A stretch of 61,640 nucleotides of DNA, the filler included, from Sphacelaria rigidula (taxonomy: Eukaryota): NCBI GenBank assembly GCA_964200075.2. It is 11 parts of 11 records of this genome, joined end to end, with 100 filler letters (N's around TTAATTAATTAA, not from the genome) between each part and the next. Parts side by side here need not be neighbours in the genome. Positions count along the whole stretch, not along the records: positions 22,453 to 27,965 come from CAXNAA020026717.1; positions 28,066 to 33,578 come from CAXNAA020026718.1; positions 33,679 to 39,191 come from CAXNAA020026719.1; 8 more parts are not named here. One strand, written 5' to 3'. Each line of letters begins with the position of its first letter. Position 1 is the stretch's first letter. This document shows positions 23,084 to 35,096 of this stretch, piece by piece. The translations under genes were made by a program, and so were the position numbers. The notes under the pieces were generated by a model. That model did no database searches. It worked only from the letters and a program-made list of their open reading frames with translations, and was not told where the DNA came from.

Positions 23084-25646
23084 TGAATCACTGCTCCTAA
23101 ACTTCAGTTAGACGAGTCAAATTGCCCAAAAATAGAGAAAGAAAAAAAACTAAGGCCCTCAGATGACCGAAGCCCTCCTTTCCTCAACATTTCAGCTCCC
23201 AACCAACTCTGAAGCCTTCAGTGACGCAGCCGTGAGAAGGACACTTGTTGCTCCTCGCTACTCGTACTTCACCGCAGTATCCATCCAACACGGAAGGGTC
23301 ACGACCAAGACTGTCATTCTCCAAGATCAAGACCGAACACATAAATCCACTCACGTGCGGATGGTCAAAAAAGTATTCCAAAAGGTCAGACAAACCGCGG
23401 CTGGAGTAGATATACAGTAAGATCGCCGCGTTTCGGCGGTCAAACTGACGTACCAACGGCCGGACAGGGCTTAACCCTTTAGGAACCCTCCCCTCCTGTC
23501 CCCTGGCCAAACGCCTTATTATGAGTAGCCCTGACGAGAAGGAAAACATGGAAACAGAATAGGCCGACGGCAACCATTTTTATAATGGAAGACCGGACAA
23601 GAATGTCCTCCCTGAAGAATTTGGGTAAGGTTTGTCCAATCATACCACGCAACGGATGAGGTGTGTCCAATTGTATCCATCGACAATAATCAGCAAAACG
23701 ACTATGAAACATTCCATTCAAAAAACAGCAATGGGCTCCAGGGTTCAACCAGGCACCTTTGTATAGTAGGATTTGTAGATAAGAGAACCACCGCTTTGAC
23801 GGGCTGCAGCATCGGGTGGCGAGTTTACCGAACCACACCGTACATACAGCATAGTATGGCTGAACCCAGCGAAATCTCGTCACCAAATGTAGAAGGCACA
23901 GTGAGTTGTGCGGGCGGTACATGGTGGGCGTAATCGCAGGCGTCCGCACAGGCGATATACATGCACAAGGGTGGGAGCCAACGGGCACCGCCTGCCGTAA
24001 TCAGGCCAGAAAAAAAAATACTGCAGCCAGTAAATACAGTAGGTTACAGTATTGACTTGCGGCCACACTCTGTGCAACATAAATATAAGCATGTGAAAAG
24101 TTGGCCACGAGAGTAAACGGCACGAGACGATAGCAGTAGCCGGCGTCATGAATCTCATGTAGGATGAGGTATATCGGTGCAACGGTCGGGAACGCTCAAC
24201 CCGCGGTATAGATGTGGTGGGGCAACTGTGCCTTAGGCTACGCCGTTGTGTAGTAAACCCGCAGAATGATGTTGTCGGCACGTGCTTAGCAGAGCGCAGT
24301 TCTGTGCATGCCTCGCGTTCTACCGAGATTTTTCCAAAATACGATATATGTTCAAAATATAATACAGATATAACACGTAGCAGCAAGGCATCACCCCTGG
24401 GGCGACGGCACTTGGCAGACTCTACACCACAGTGATGATGCACTGCAGGGCACATGGCGTCTGCGTCGCCTTTACGCATTTTTTCAAACGGCGAGATGGT
24501 GCTGTTGGAACGTGCATGAGCGCGATGTTCGGCATGACGTGAGTCTGCAGTCGAGGTTACCCCAAACTCCTGTAAACACATCCAGTACTGTACAGGGCAG
24601 TATCGCAGCACCCCCGGCGGCATGGAAAGGTGCCTGCCTGGGAATGTAGTACACTGCCAATTCATGAATATGACGAATGTGCCATCGGCGTTGCCCTTGT
24701 TGCTATGACGCTGCGAAGTGTATAAACTGCAGCGGGAAGGCGTGCAGGTCAGGCGGGAAGCATGCTTCACAGAGGCTTGCCGCGCACTATGGCCGGGAGA
24801 GGAGCTCATGAGTGTAGAACAAAAACGCCGACGGGTTCTGGACCTCGCCGCAGCAAGAAAAGAGGAAACCTTCTCTTGTTCCACTTGTCACTCGCACGGG
24901 TCTGAAACATACGCGTTGGGCCAAAAAAATTGCGTCTAAGCTGTGAACCATCAACCATATCTTGCTCAAAAACCGTAAATTCCAAATGATCAATTTCCCA
25001 TTGTGAGTTCCAAAAGGGTCAAGGTTGAGGATTATAATCTCGGCGGATATGGGGCTTTTTCCAAGAGGTTAATAATTTTCGTCATTGACGACGCCAGAAC
25101 GTGAGTTGTCAAAGAAAAATCGACGAAGGTAGACAGGGTGTAGTAGTGCTGGCCCAATCCGCGATATACCAAAGTGCCAGGACATGAACGGGGGGAGAGA
25201 CGGGTCCCATCTCTTGAGACTGAAGGCTTGTCCCGACGAAGAGGCGGGGTCAAAAAGTGCTGATGACGAAAATGAAGAAGAAAAAGAGCAGCAGATTTCT
25301 CAACCAGGTCAAGAAACAGAAAAATTCAAGGCTAATTACAAATTGCTCGGAAAATCTAACACTGGGTTCTTTGTTCAGCAATGTGCTTCTTCCAAGTCGG
25401 AACATTTTCCGACAAAAGCCGAGAAAGCCCCTAGAGTAGAAAAAAAGAACAGAATTGGCACTGCATCCGTTACACCCTTCCGTATTTTTCATACTCTTGG
25501 ACGATATATTTCATCATCAAAAATGTACTGCGTACACTATGGAATTCATTTCATTTTGCAGTAGACGCAACAGTCGATACTGTACGCGGTGAGATTTTTT
25601 ATTTCGTGATCTACTGTCCAGGATGTGGTATTCTTCCACACGCATG

Positions 25647-25705
25647 ACTGAACAGAACAGAACAGAATAGAACAGGACAGAACCGAACAAAACCAAACTG
25701 AACCA
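25647..25705. repeat. (GAACA)n degenerate pentanucleotide repeat
   Basis: Direct inspection. Confidence 0.8.
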
Positions 25706-26227
25706 CACGGATCAACCGAACACCCCGTCGTTAGTCCGTCGTTCTACAACACGCCGTAAAACGGCCTGTGCTGTTCCTACGTCTGTCGATTGACTCCGCA
25801 CGAGAGCGCTTCCTGGCTAAAAAACTACTCCGTATATACCCTGCCTTGATTGGTTTGCCGGCCAGACACGCCGTACAGTAATGACACAAGTTTTGTTCGG
25901 CATACAAAGTAGTCATTCTCCGGTGATGACGACACGACGTACTCGTTCATGTTCTGTGCGACGTGTCAAGTATCCATCCAAGACGCGAAGTTGCAGGATC
26001 AGGATTTGGAATTCGATGTCATAGTAGTATGATGATGGTTCATCATTCTCGCGCTGGCTCCAATTTAGGCGTGAGCAGGCACCACGGTATGATGTTGGGG
26101 GCTCTCGTTTGGCTCGAGGCCGCATCGCGAGGAGGAAAATGAAGGTAGGCTTTACGCCGAGACCAGGCAGTATGGAGGACAAAGCACGAGATCGATCAAC
26201 AGTGGATTTTCGAAAACGGGGTTGAAC

Positions 26228-26590
26228 AAAAAATGAGGTTCAACTCAAAAGCCGTGCTTTCCCTGACCTAAATTCATTACAAAGGACTTTCATATGGAAG
26301 ATCTCATCCCTCCCCACTCCCCTGAAACTATTTCGGGATATTTCTACCCTTCTGTTCCCCCATAGGGTATCTGCGAAAGCACGATTTTTGGGCCAAAAAA
26401 ACGTCCTCTTTCCACCCCGAAAACGAGGCAAAAGTGTGCTTTCGCACATACCCTTTGGGGGAACGGAAGGCTACGAACCCCCCAAAATAGTTTTTGGGAG
26501 GTCGGGAAGGATGAGGTCGTCCGTATGAAAGTAATTTTTCATTACGTTAGGTCAGGGAAAGCACGGCTTTTGAATCGAACCTCATTTTTC
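26228..26590. mobile_element. Foldback/MITE with ~150-bp imperfect inverted arms
   Basis: aaaatgaggttcaactcaaaagccgtgctttccctgacctaa ... ttaggtcagggaaagcacggcttttgaatcgaacctcatttt. Confidence 0.85.
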
Positions 26591-27074
26591 TTTTTAACTC
26601 AATTTTCGAAAATGTACTGTTGATTGGTCTGTGATGAATATATCACACCCTGGACAACATCTAGTCAATACTTGCAAGAGACAAAAAATGTACTGCGTAA
26701 AGTACAGGGATATCGTAACAATTGTCGGTCCGACAATAGTTGGAATATGCCTATACTTGACCCAGAACGTTATTTGCCTATTGCATCTATTGATCGCATC
26801 TACCACGGTCCGGACGAATCATCACCGGTTCGAATTACCAAATCCACGATTTTCCAGGCATCATTGCTCGAAAGAGAGAAAAAACTCGACCGCTGGTTAA
26901 AAAGATCTCCACGCAATTTTTGCGCCATTCCGCGTGCCTGGGCTGCGCGTACCTAGGTTGCAACTCTGAAAACAAAGCTCAAGGATTGATTCGTAGGGTA
27001 CGAATCAATTACACTAGAATCAAGTAATTTCCAGACGACTCATTAAGCTGTCCGACCCTTGGTATATTATCAGC

Positions 27075-27388
27075 ATCCATTTTTATTTTATTTTCCTCAC
27101 TTTGAACCCCTCCCCTTCCTCGGGATGAGTCCGTGGTTTCAAGGGATCAACCCCTTTCTCCCCCGGTGCGCGCCTTTCATTTTGATCTCGCGGATTGGGT
27201 CAGCACTCCTGCACCGCGTTAATTCACGTCACACAAACCCACTCGACTACTTTGTTTACTCACGTTCTCACCCATTCCACGGTGGAAATCATATACTACG
27301 AAGAAAAAATCCATCGCATCGGGAATCGAACCCCCGCTCTCTCCACTCCAATGGCGACAGTGGGACCATTACACCACCGGGTCGCGGG
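27075..27388 (-). mobile_element. SINE family 2 (tRNA-like head, A-rich tail)
   Basis: Minus strand has A box TGGTGTAATGG and B box GGTTCGATTCC. The 3' part ttgatcccttga.accacgga.tc.tcccgagga..gggttcaaagtg is shared with ~51190-51420 and more weakly with ~57450-57565. Confidence 0.7.
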
Positions 27389-27430
27389 AAAGGGTGTGAT
27401 ATCTATACCTTTATTGAAACTGTATTGTAC

Positions 27431-27573
27431 CTGGCGGCGGCTGCAGCCTTCTCCTTCGCGGCCTCCTCTTCGGCGATTTTGTTGGCTGCGGCCTCCTCTG
27501 CCTGCTTCTTCACTTGGGCTTCCATGACCATGACCCGCACGGCCTCCTGCCGTTCCTCTTCGATCCTCGCCGC
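27431..27573 (-). CDS. Internal exon of an unknown coiled-coil protein (AARIEEERQEAVRVMVMEAQVKKQAEEAAANKIAEEEAAKEKAAAAA)
   Basis: Polypyrimidine tract plus catcag|GCG acceptor, AG|GTACAA donor, GC-rich codons, E/A/K-rich helix. Confidence 0.7.
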
Positions 27574-27902
27574 CTGATGGAAAGAAGCAAAAAAATTAAG
27601 GGGGAAGCAAAAAAAGTCAAGAAAACTTACATAAAACACACAAAACGTGAATACATAATCCATCACTTGGGCAATTGCGTCATATACATGAGGTTGGGCA
27701 TCACGGCATGAACATTATGATATATTGTCATAATCCACGGGTGCTGCTCGCACAAAGAGAGGATATTAGTGACGATATAAACGTCGGGGTAATGGGCATC
27801 GAAAGCCGATAGGAGCTCGCTGTTCCGAAGGAGGTCTGACATTCAAGGGAGATTGACAAAATAATAAAAATAATGAAGAAAAAAGAACGACAATCCGCCA
27901 AG

Positions 27903-27903
<1 letters not shown>

Positions 27904-27965
<62 letters not shown>
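27904..27965. repeat. (TG)n microsatellite at contig end
   Basis: Direct inspection. Confidence 0.95.
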
Positions 27966-28904
27966 NNNNNNNNNNNNNNNNNNNNNNNNNNNNNNNNNNN
28001 NNNNNNNNNTTAATTAATTAANNNNNNNNNNNNNNNNNNNNNNNNNNNNNNNNNNNNNNNNNNNNCTGCTATGATTGTTCGGTCCGAAGCCTACTGATTA
28101 TCTTGCATTTGTATGACAGCCTGCAATGCGTTGCTTTATTTTCTGGTATAGCCGTTTCCAGAGACCGCCACGGCTTATACACTGCCTGATGGGTGCGTCA
28201 CCATTCCTACGATAGGGAAGGGGGTATTTGATTGGCCGAAAAAAGAGGCTCGAATGTATCAGACGACCTGCCACACTCGCGGTGCGCTTGTATTTGGTTT
28301 TAAACTGTGTCAATCGGTATGAATGACCATAATTCATCTATAACAAGCTTGTTCGAGCAACCGTTGCTCCTTGCAACGACATTTTGACTTTGAATTTCGT
28401 CCAAGAAGTGGCCCAAAAATACCCCCCCCCCTCCCCCTATCGTAGGATGACTCAAAGATTGATGAATTTTCGATTTTGCCTACTGTTTTTGTCGTTTATG
28501 CGCTGATTGTGCGCTCGAGGTGCGTTGCTTACGGGCTACAATTTCAAACGATTTTGAACAGATGCCAAGTCAAATGGCGTATTGAACCGATGAGGCCAAG
28601 TGGTTCAGCTCGAGTGTGGCACATGACAACATACCAGGAGTGTGCTGTGCGCTTCTGTTCGAGGATTATGCGTTACTTATCACACACAAAATGTAGGATA
28701 GGCAAATGGTATCCCAGCTCATCCCTGAGAATATGTTGTCCTCACCTATCCATGGGGCCTCAAACCCACGCCTTTCGCGTATTTTCTCGCGGTGGCTGCT
28801 GTTGTGTGCGTATTTGGCAGCAGATTTGTACACAGACCGCATACGATGTGTGCTCTCCACCAATTCGCAAACTTTCACGGCGATTTCTCGGTGATGGAAC
28901 AAAC

Positions 28905-29082
28905 CGCTGAATGCAATTGATGTGTCGGTATTCCAGCTCTCCATCTGCAGTTGTGGCAACTCAATCCTCTTGTGCCCATGGTGCTTGGGCGCGGAGTCGT
29001 GGCCATCAGGCATCAACATGGCCTTGCTCTTCCTTGTGTATAGCATGGAAAATGACCGCAACAAGCGTACCTTCAGAACCAT
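28905..29082 (-). CDS. Possible first exon of an unknown gene, divergent from TatD
   Basis: ATG 29082 opens MVLKVRLLRSFSMLYTRKSK...SIAFS with a candidate donor G|GTTTGT. No homology recognised. Confidence 0.25.
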
Positions 29083-29385
29083 TTTGATCTTCGATCTTTA
29101 ATCATGGTCTGCTGCTGTTGCTGATGTTTTGAACGAGCAGTGGGCGTGGTCAACTTTACGCTGAGTCGGCCGTCTGGAATCATTACTGAGTTATTTTAAT
29201 AGTAGCCTGGTTCTTCTGCATATGCATACATCGTTCCTAGCTTCCTGAAGAAATATCTGTGATATTCGTCCCCACTATAGTCGCCCGGCGCTTTGAAATA
29301 AAAGCAGAACCAAGAATCCGGAACCAGGTTGAGCACAGAGCGCTTGGCGTTTGGCGGTACTGGACGATGCAGAAGTTGGACTGAG

Positions 29386-29517
29386 ATGTTCGACTGTCAC
29401 GCGCACTTGACCGATGCTTCCTTTAAGGACCAACTAAATGAGCGCCTTGCTGAAGCCGAGGCGGCAGGGGTAACTGGAATTGTCACCGTGTCGGAATCCC
29501 TCGAAGACGCAAGCCAG
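29386..29517 (+). CDS. TatD-family DNase (TATDN3-like), first coding exon
   Basis: MFDCHAHLTDASFKDQLNERLAEAEAAGVTGIVTVSESLEDASQ contains the D-x-H-x-H metal-binding motif and the AGV..IV strand. Donor CAG|GTGCTT, phase 0. Confidence 0.88.
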
Positions 29518-30425
29518 GTGCTTCTGTGCGTAAATCTCACCGTGTCTCAGTTCAGTCAGTACAGAACCAGTACAGTACATTTTAATTCCGCGCGGACACG
29601 TTTTAGTCAGTGCAGTGTGCACTGCGCACCGTACAGGACAGTTCAAAACAGTACAGTCAGTGCAATACTGCGGTGCTGTACTTTGTCTGTACCATATACT
29701 CATGTAGCCGTTCTGCGCTGTACGGTTTCCTAAAAGTTGAATGCATGGGAGGAGTGAAATGAGCCACCCGTACCTTTCTCAAGCTGACTTCATCTCAGAA
29801 TTTTTGTCATCATGATACGGTCGGTCGTCCCGGTATTCCAGTACGCGTCAGAAAAGATGTCGCGACAGGTGATCTTGAAGCGGTACTGTACTGTATTGTA
29901 GGGATTGGGGAATCCTCCCCCACGATACTATGATATAAAACCTGTCTCATTTCGCTGCACTCGTACCCCTACTCCTTATCCTATAGAGGGGCTTTTCCGT
30001 ATTCGCCAGTACACTGGCATACTCAATACTTTCTTCCGCTGATATTAGCGTCGGTCGAGATCTCGAGCTACCCTGTGCTACTCCCCACTGCATAGTACTG
30101 TATCCTTAACATCCACACGGAACTTCTGTTGGCGTTGTTGAAAACCGAATGTCCTACTCGTAATGATGAGATGGAAATGCCGCTGGCCGCGGCATATGCA
30201 CTATAATATGTGGCCCATGGCAAATGGCAACAGCTGTTCATGGTGACGAAAAGATGTATGTCAGGTCCAAGAAAGGCGTGGAAAAAATTTAATTAAATTG
30301 GGAGACGGTGAAGGTAATGACTCTTGCCAAGAGGTTGAGCCAGATATTCGGCGTGCGTATCGATTATGAAACCGTGTCATATGTAATGAGTAGAAGAAGG
30401 AAGATCTGGCATGGGGGTGGCATTA

Positions 30426-31717
30426 CAGTGGGGGGCACGGTTAAGAGAGGGGTGTAGCGGATCAAGAAAACCTCTCTTAAACACGACCTTCTACTAAATC
30501 GGTTTAAGAGAGGCTTTCTCTTAAACCGAATATATGGGTTATTGACAGTCTTTGAAGAGCCGATTGTGCCGTGGTGCCGGATCAAAGAGTTGAAGGAGCA
30601 TCTCATATCATTTACGCAATATTATTGTGCGCTACGGGATCCGCGTCCAGCACGATCCCCCCTTGTTATGAAGAAATCAACATATTCCGCGTTAACAAAG
30701 TTATCCCCGCATCACCTGAACAGAGCGGCCAACCCAACACATGCACGCTACGCACACGTCACATCTCGGAAGCAAAAGGCAAAATAAGGCAAAAAGACAG
30801 AAAACCACACATACCGTACTGTACTCTGTACTGCTGTATAAGTGATTCTCTCACCACCAGTGAAACTCAAGTACCTACACTCGTCCTACCCAGCAATAGA
30901 CATACGGCATGCGCTCATCGGCAGCTTCTGCGTTGCTACATGAATGAAGTCTACCATGCAAGTTTATTTTGTTTTCCTTGACCCAAACTCGTTCATCCAG
31001 GCCAGCTTGGCCTTACGAAGATGGTACGACACCTCCGCCATGTGACACCTCTCTGCAGTTATACTGCTGTACAAACACTGTAATACCCGCCACACAAGGC
31101 ATCATGCTCGCAGCCAGTGGAGCTTGAAGCTGTTCGTGCGTTACAACTGCTGAACGTACTGAGATGTTGTTTTTCGGGCTACAGTGTGTGTGTGTTGTCG
31201 TCTCCTCTATTCTGGACGCCGGTCTACACCTTTCGGTACGTGTGGGTGCACCAGCCGGGGTCACATGGGAGGAAAGTCAACACAGGAGTTTTTCCTTTTT
31301 TATTGTTTTTACTACTCCACCTTCTGCGGTGCTTGCCTTTTATTTATTATCGCGAGAGGGGTTCAGCAGTCCCTTTCCCTTGTCGACCATTAAGTCGAAT
31401 TTTGTGCACCTCCGACACAGTCGCTCTCCACTGTTGGGCATGGCGTGAGAGAAAATGCCAGATCACTCCAAGATTTGAACCCACGACCCAACCGTCAGAA
31501 GGTTTCGAGGTTACCAACTACAGAATTGTACAGTGAAAGAGCGAGGGGTTTGGGAGTGGATCCGGTTTGAGAGAAAAGAGAGTTTGGTTTAAGAAGATGG
31601 GTCCGGTTTAAGAGAAACCAGGGTTCGGTTTAAGAGAGTGGTGTGCCAAGCTTTTTTTACCTCTCTTAAACCAGCAATTCCCTTAAACTGAGCTCTCTTA
31701 AACCGTGACCCCCACTG
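30426..31717. mobile_element. Non-autonomous Tc1/mariner-superfamily element (1292 bp) with TA TSD
   Basis: TA|CAGTGGGGGGCACGGTTAAGAGAG ... CTCTCTTAAACCGTGACCCCCACTG|TA, with many subterminal CGGTTTAAGAGA / TCTCTTAAACCG motifs at both ends. Confidence 0.85.
31184..31519 (-). mobile_element. SINE family 1 copy nested in the Tc1/mariner-like element
   Basis: Reverse-complement match to 44975-45301, with B box GGTTCAAATC and a (CA)n tail. Confidence 0.85.
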
Positions 31718-32789
31718 TATAGGTATTAAGGAACGCGAACGTTGAGAGCACGGAATGTTGGATGAAACACACTGAATTTGGTTCCACGTATTAGAAGTGT
31801 GAAGAACGCCGAAGACCCGAATGTGTCACAGAAAATGCGTTCTGATTAAATAAAATAAAAAGCTGAAACATGGGGAAAAGTGGATTCGTTCTCCAAAAGT
31901 ATGAGTTTGCTCAGAAGTTGATATTTTGCTTACGGAAGAGCAACATTATTCTGTACAACCGTTGGTTGCAATTTTCTCCAACATATACTTATACAACATT
32001 CGACCTTTCACGGGAAAAGCTAATAGTACTCAAGTAAGCAAAAAGGACGCGACTTCATGCACTGTGGTTTATGACGGACCACATGGACGAGTACCCCCCG
32101 CGAGAAAAATGTCTGATGGGAAGACGATTATCGTGAAAGAAAACTGCTTGCCAACAAATGCACAAAGTCAAGACAGAAAAGTAAAGGCACACCAGGAAAC
32201 CTTCGCGAAAAAACTGATGTCGCTCCCCGAGTATGTATCTTCACGGCGAAAAAGCAATGTATTTGTGTACAACCTGCAAGTTGAAATATCCCTCAACATT
32301 TGCGTATCAACCTCCGATTGTACAACGACAATGCACGAAGAAAGCTCAACCGAGGACGTTTATTGACTCTGGCAACATATCAGCACATCTACGAATAGCT
32401 CTAAGAAAAATCCAGACATATTACTGCTGAAAATAAACTCTTGCTTACTAAAGCAAAAAACGAAGACAGAAAGCAAGACACAGCAGACGAAGGTCGTGGG
32501 AGTTGATTGGAACGGAAAGCGGGTATCACCCAAGGAGACACGTGTTGATAAACATAAGGTGAAGATTGGTGTTGACCATTCCTTTTGTTGTCGGGAGTGC
32601 GTCCTTAAGGAGCAGAAGTAGGACATAATCGACGTGAGCCTTTCGTTTTTCTTGTCTTCGATTTTTGTCTGAAGGACAGGGAGAGCACGCGCGCACTCGT
32701 ACGCGTAATGTTTGACCCGTTCGTTCGCGCAATTTTTCTACCTTTTCAAACGGAACACTGTGACGGAAAAAATACGTTGGAACAACGGA

Positions 32790-33235
32790 AAACGAAAAAT
32801 GTATACGTGTTCTAAATTTTACCCAACCCAGAGACAGTCTGGCGGGAAGAGAAAAAACAAAATCCCTACAGAAATTCACCGAACGTTGCAAATAACTCAA
32901 GCAGAGACTGCCATTTACCACAAAATAGACGGCCAGGACAAAGACAAAAAAAGTCGGCTCCAAAATTCACCGAACCGCGGCAAATCGGTTGTTAGATTCA
33001 CCGAACCCCGAAACCCGCGAAATCGAATCTAAGGAACACATAGATGCCGACGACAAAAGCAACGAAAAATGAATACGCGTTCTGAAATTTACTCCAAGCC
33101 AGAGACAGCCCGGCGGGAAGAGACAAAGCAAATTGACGTTCCGAAAGTCACCGAACCTTGCAAATAACTCAAGTATAGTCCGCAATTTACCAAAAAACAG
33201 ACGGCCAGGACACACTAAAATACGGCTCCAAAATG
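32790..33235. repeat. Diverged direct duplication (~180-bp units, ~270-bp period)
   Basis: aacgaaaaatg.atacg.gttct.aaattt..cagagacag..ggcgggaagaga..aaaatagacggccaggaca..ggctccaaaat at ~32790 and ~33061. Confidence 0.75.
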
Positions 33236-33729
33236 ACTCCTACCAAAAGGTTGAGCCAAAAATTGGATATCTGTATCGGTTATGAAACTATGTTATATGT
33301 GATGAGTAGAAGATGAAAGATCCAGCACGGGCGTAATGTATGATCCGTTCGTTCGCGCATTTTTTGTACCCTTTCACGGCGTGTCTTAGGCCAACTCTAG
33401 TGGGAGCCGTTCAAAGTTCCTCTCGAAAACTGCCTTTTGGGCCCTTCTCCGTCGATTTACGCCCGAAAAGAGGGTTAGACGCATGTTGACGCCTTGGAAT
33501 GACTTGCTTTACTCGTTGAGATCGTTCTAGGGCAACTTTGCATTTCCCGCTAGCCGCACTTTTGTTTTTGGCCACATGNNNNNNNNNNNNNNNNNNNNNN
33601 NNNNNNNNNNNNNNNNNNNNNNTTAATTAATTAANNNNNNNNNNNNNNNNNNNNNNNNNNNNNNNNNNNNNNNNNNNNGGGGAATTAAGGGAAGAAAAAA
33701 AAAGAAGAGGGGGGGGGGGGGGAGGAGGT

Positions 33730-33766
<37 letters not shown>

Positions 33767-33986
33767 CAAAGGCGGTGTCAGTAATGGTCGCAAAAACCAA
33801 ACATTTGCATGAACCTATTCGCATCCATATAAGAAGCGACATTGTTCCTATATATCGTAGAAGACACCACCACAGTTCAGCATCTACACAATTGAGGTGT
33901 AAAGCCTGGGCTGAACCTCATTTTTCCCGAGAGCGGTTCGCTTCTGTACGTACTCGGACGCATAAACAGGTACTACAGGCACGCAC

Positions 33987-34117
33987 GTTCCTGGACGTCG
34001 TCTCGCTGAACACCATGATCTCCTCATCCCATACCGGATCCAGCGTGTGGGGCTCGACTGACGTCCTTTGCTTCTCGCCTCCAACCTCAACAGAGACGTA
34101 CGGATTCGCGGTACCCT
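33987..34117 (-). CDS. C2-domain protein, exon 2 (EGTANPYVSVEVGGEKQRTSVEPHTLDPVWDEEIMVFSETTSRN)
   Basis: gcgcag|AG, phase 1, completes exon 1. NPYV..RT...TLDPVWDE is the C2 signature. Donor AAC|GTGCGT. Confidence 0.88.
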
Positions 34118-34499
34118 CTGCGCATCACGTCGCGTGGAGTGAAACGTTTGACATGAGAAACGGCGAATTCAACGGGCGCCATCAGGCTCAGAGTTTGCGA
34201 AAGCATCATCATGCATGTATCGATCTGGCACTTTTCGCTTCCGACACGGTAACACATACATACAGCATTGCTGGCACCAAACCTCCATCAGTCAATCAGC
34301 TACGGCAGCGAGCTTTACGTGCAAACCTACTTTCCGCCACCCCGCTGTTTCGAGGTCGAACCGAGAGCTCGCAGCTTCCTCGTAGGAGTGCGAGCAATCG
34401 TATACTCATAGAACTTACGGCTACCTGAAACAGTGTTCATGTTAATGGAGGAATATGCGGCAATGGCTTTGATGCGCAAGATGGTGGGTACATTCGTAC

Positions 34500-34569
34500 C
34501 TTCCACCGCAAGCAATCCCTTGGCCTGGATGACCATAACTTCTAGCCTATCCCGGTCTTGAGACGTCAT
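34500..34569 (-). CDS. C2-domain protein, exon 1 (MTSQDRDRLEVMVIQAKGLLAVE)
   Basis: LEVMVIQAKGL is C2 strand 1. Donor G|GTACGA, phase 1, is compatible with exon 2. Confidence 0.85.
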
Positions 34570-34707
34570 GATTGCTGTTGTTGCTCGAGACTCCCACACG
34601 CGCTACTCACGGTACGGCAAGAAAGTCCCGTCTGCTGGAGCGAACAACGTGTTGTGTCTCTCGCACTTTTGTGAATCTCGTAGGTGTAGTGTACAGTGCG
34701 CCCGCAA

Positions 34708-35096
34708 CACCCCGCAAGCGGCGAGATTAGACGTGGACTGCCCGGCTCATCTGGAAAGGTGAACAAATAGGTCTTGCCACTGCTGCTGCTACACGTGTGC
34801 TAGCCGGTGCGTAGCTTGAAACGCAAGGGTGTGGTAGGGGCTGCATATGTTTCCATCACCACGCTCGGGAGCACCCTGCACGCAGCATGACGAGATGGTT
34901 AGCATGCACCCCGCAAGCGGGGAGATTATTAGAAGTCGACTGCCTGGCTCATCTGGAAGGGTGAACAACTAGATCCTGCCACTGCTGCTGCTACACGTGT
35001 GCTGGCCGGTGAGTAGCTTCAAGCGGAAGGGTGCGACAGGAGCTGCATATGCGCGCATACCACGCTCGCGGGCACCCTGCACCGCATGACGATATA
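34708..35096. repeat. Tandem duplication of a ~190-200 bp unit upstream of the C2 gene
   Basis: caccccgcaagcgg.gagatta...ggctcatctggaa.ggtgaacaa...gccactgctgctgctacacgtgtgct...caccctgcac..catgacga occurs twice. Confidence 0.85.

Noticed and set aside
23880..24884. 334-aa minus-strand ORF as a real gene
   Set aside because: No recognisable motifs and R/C/S/H-rich composition typical of a shadow frame; any coding signal appears to be on the plus strand and decayed.
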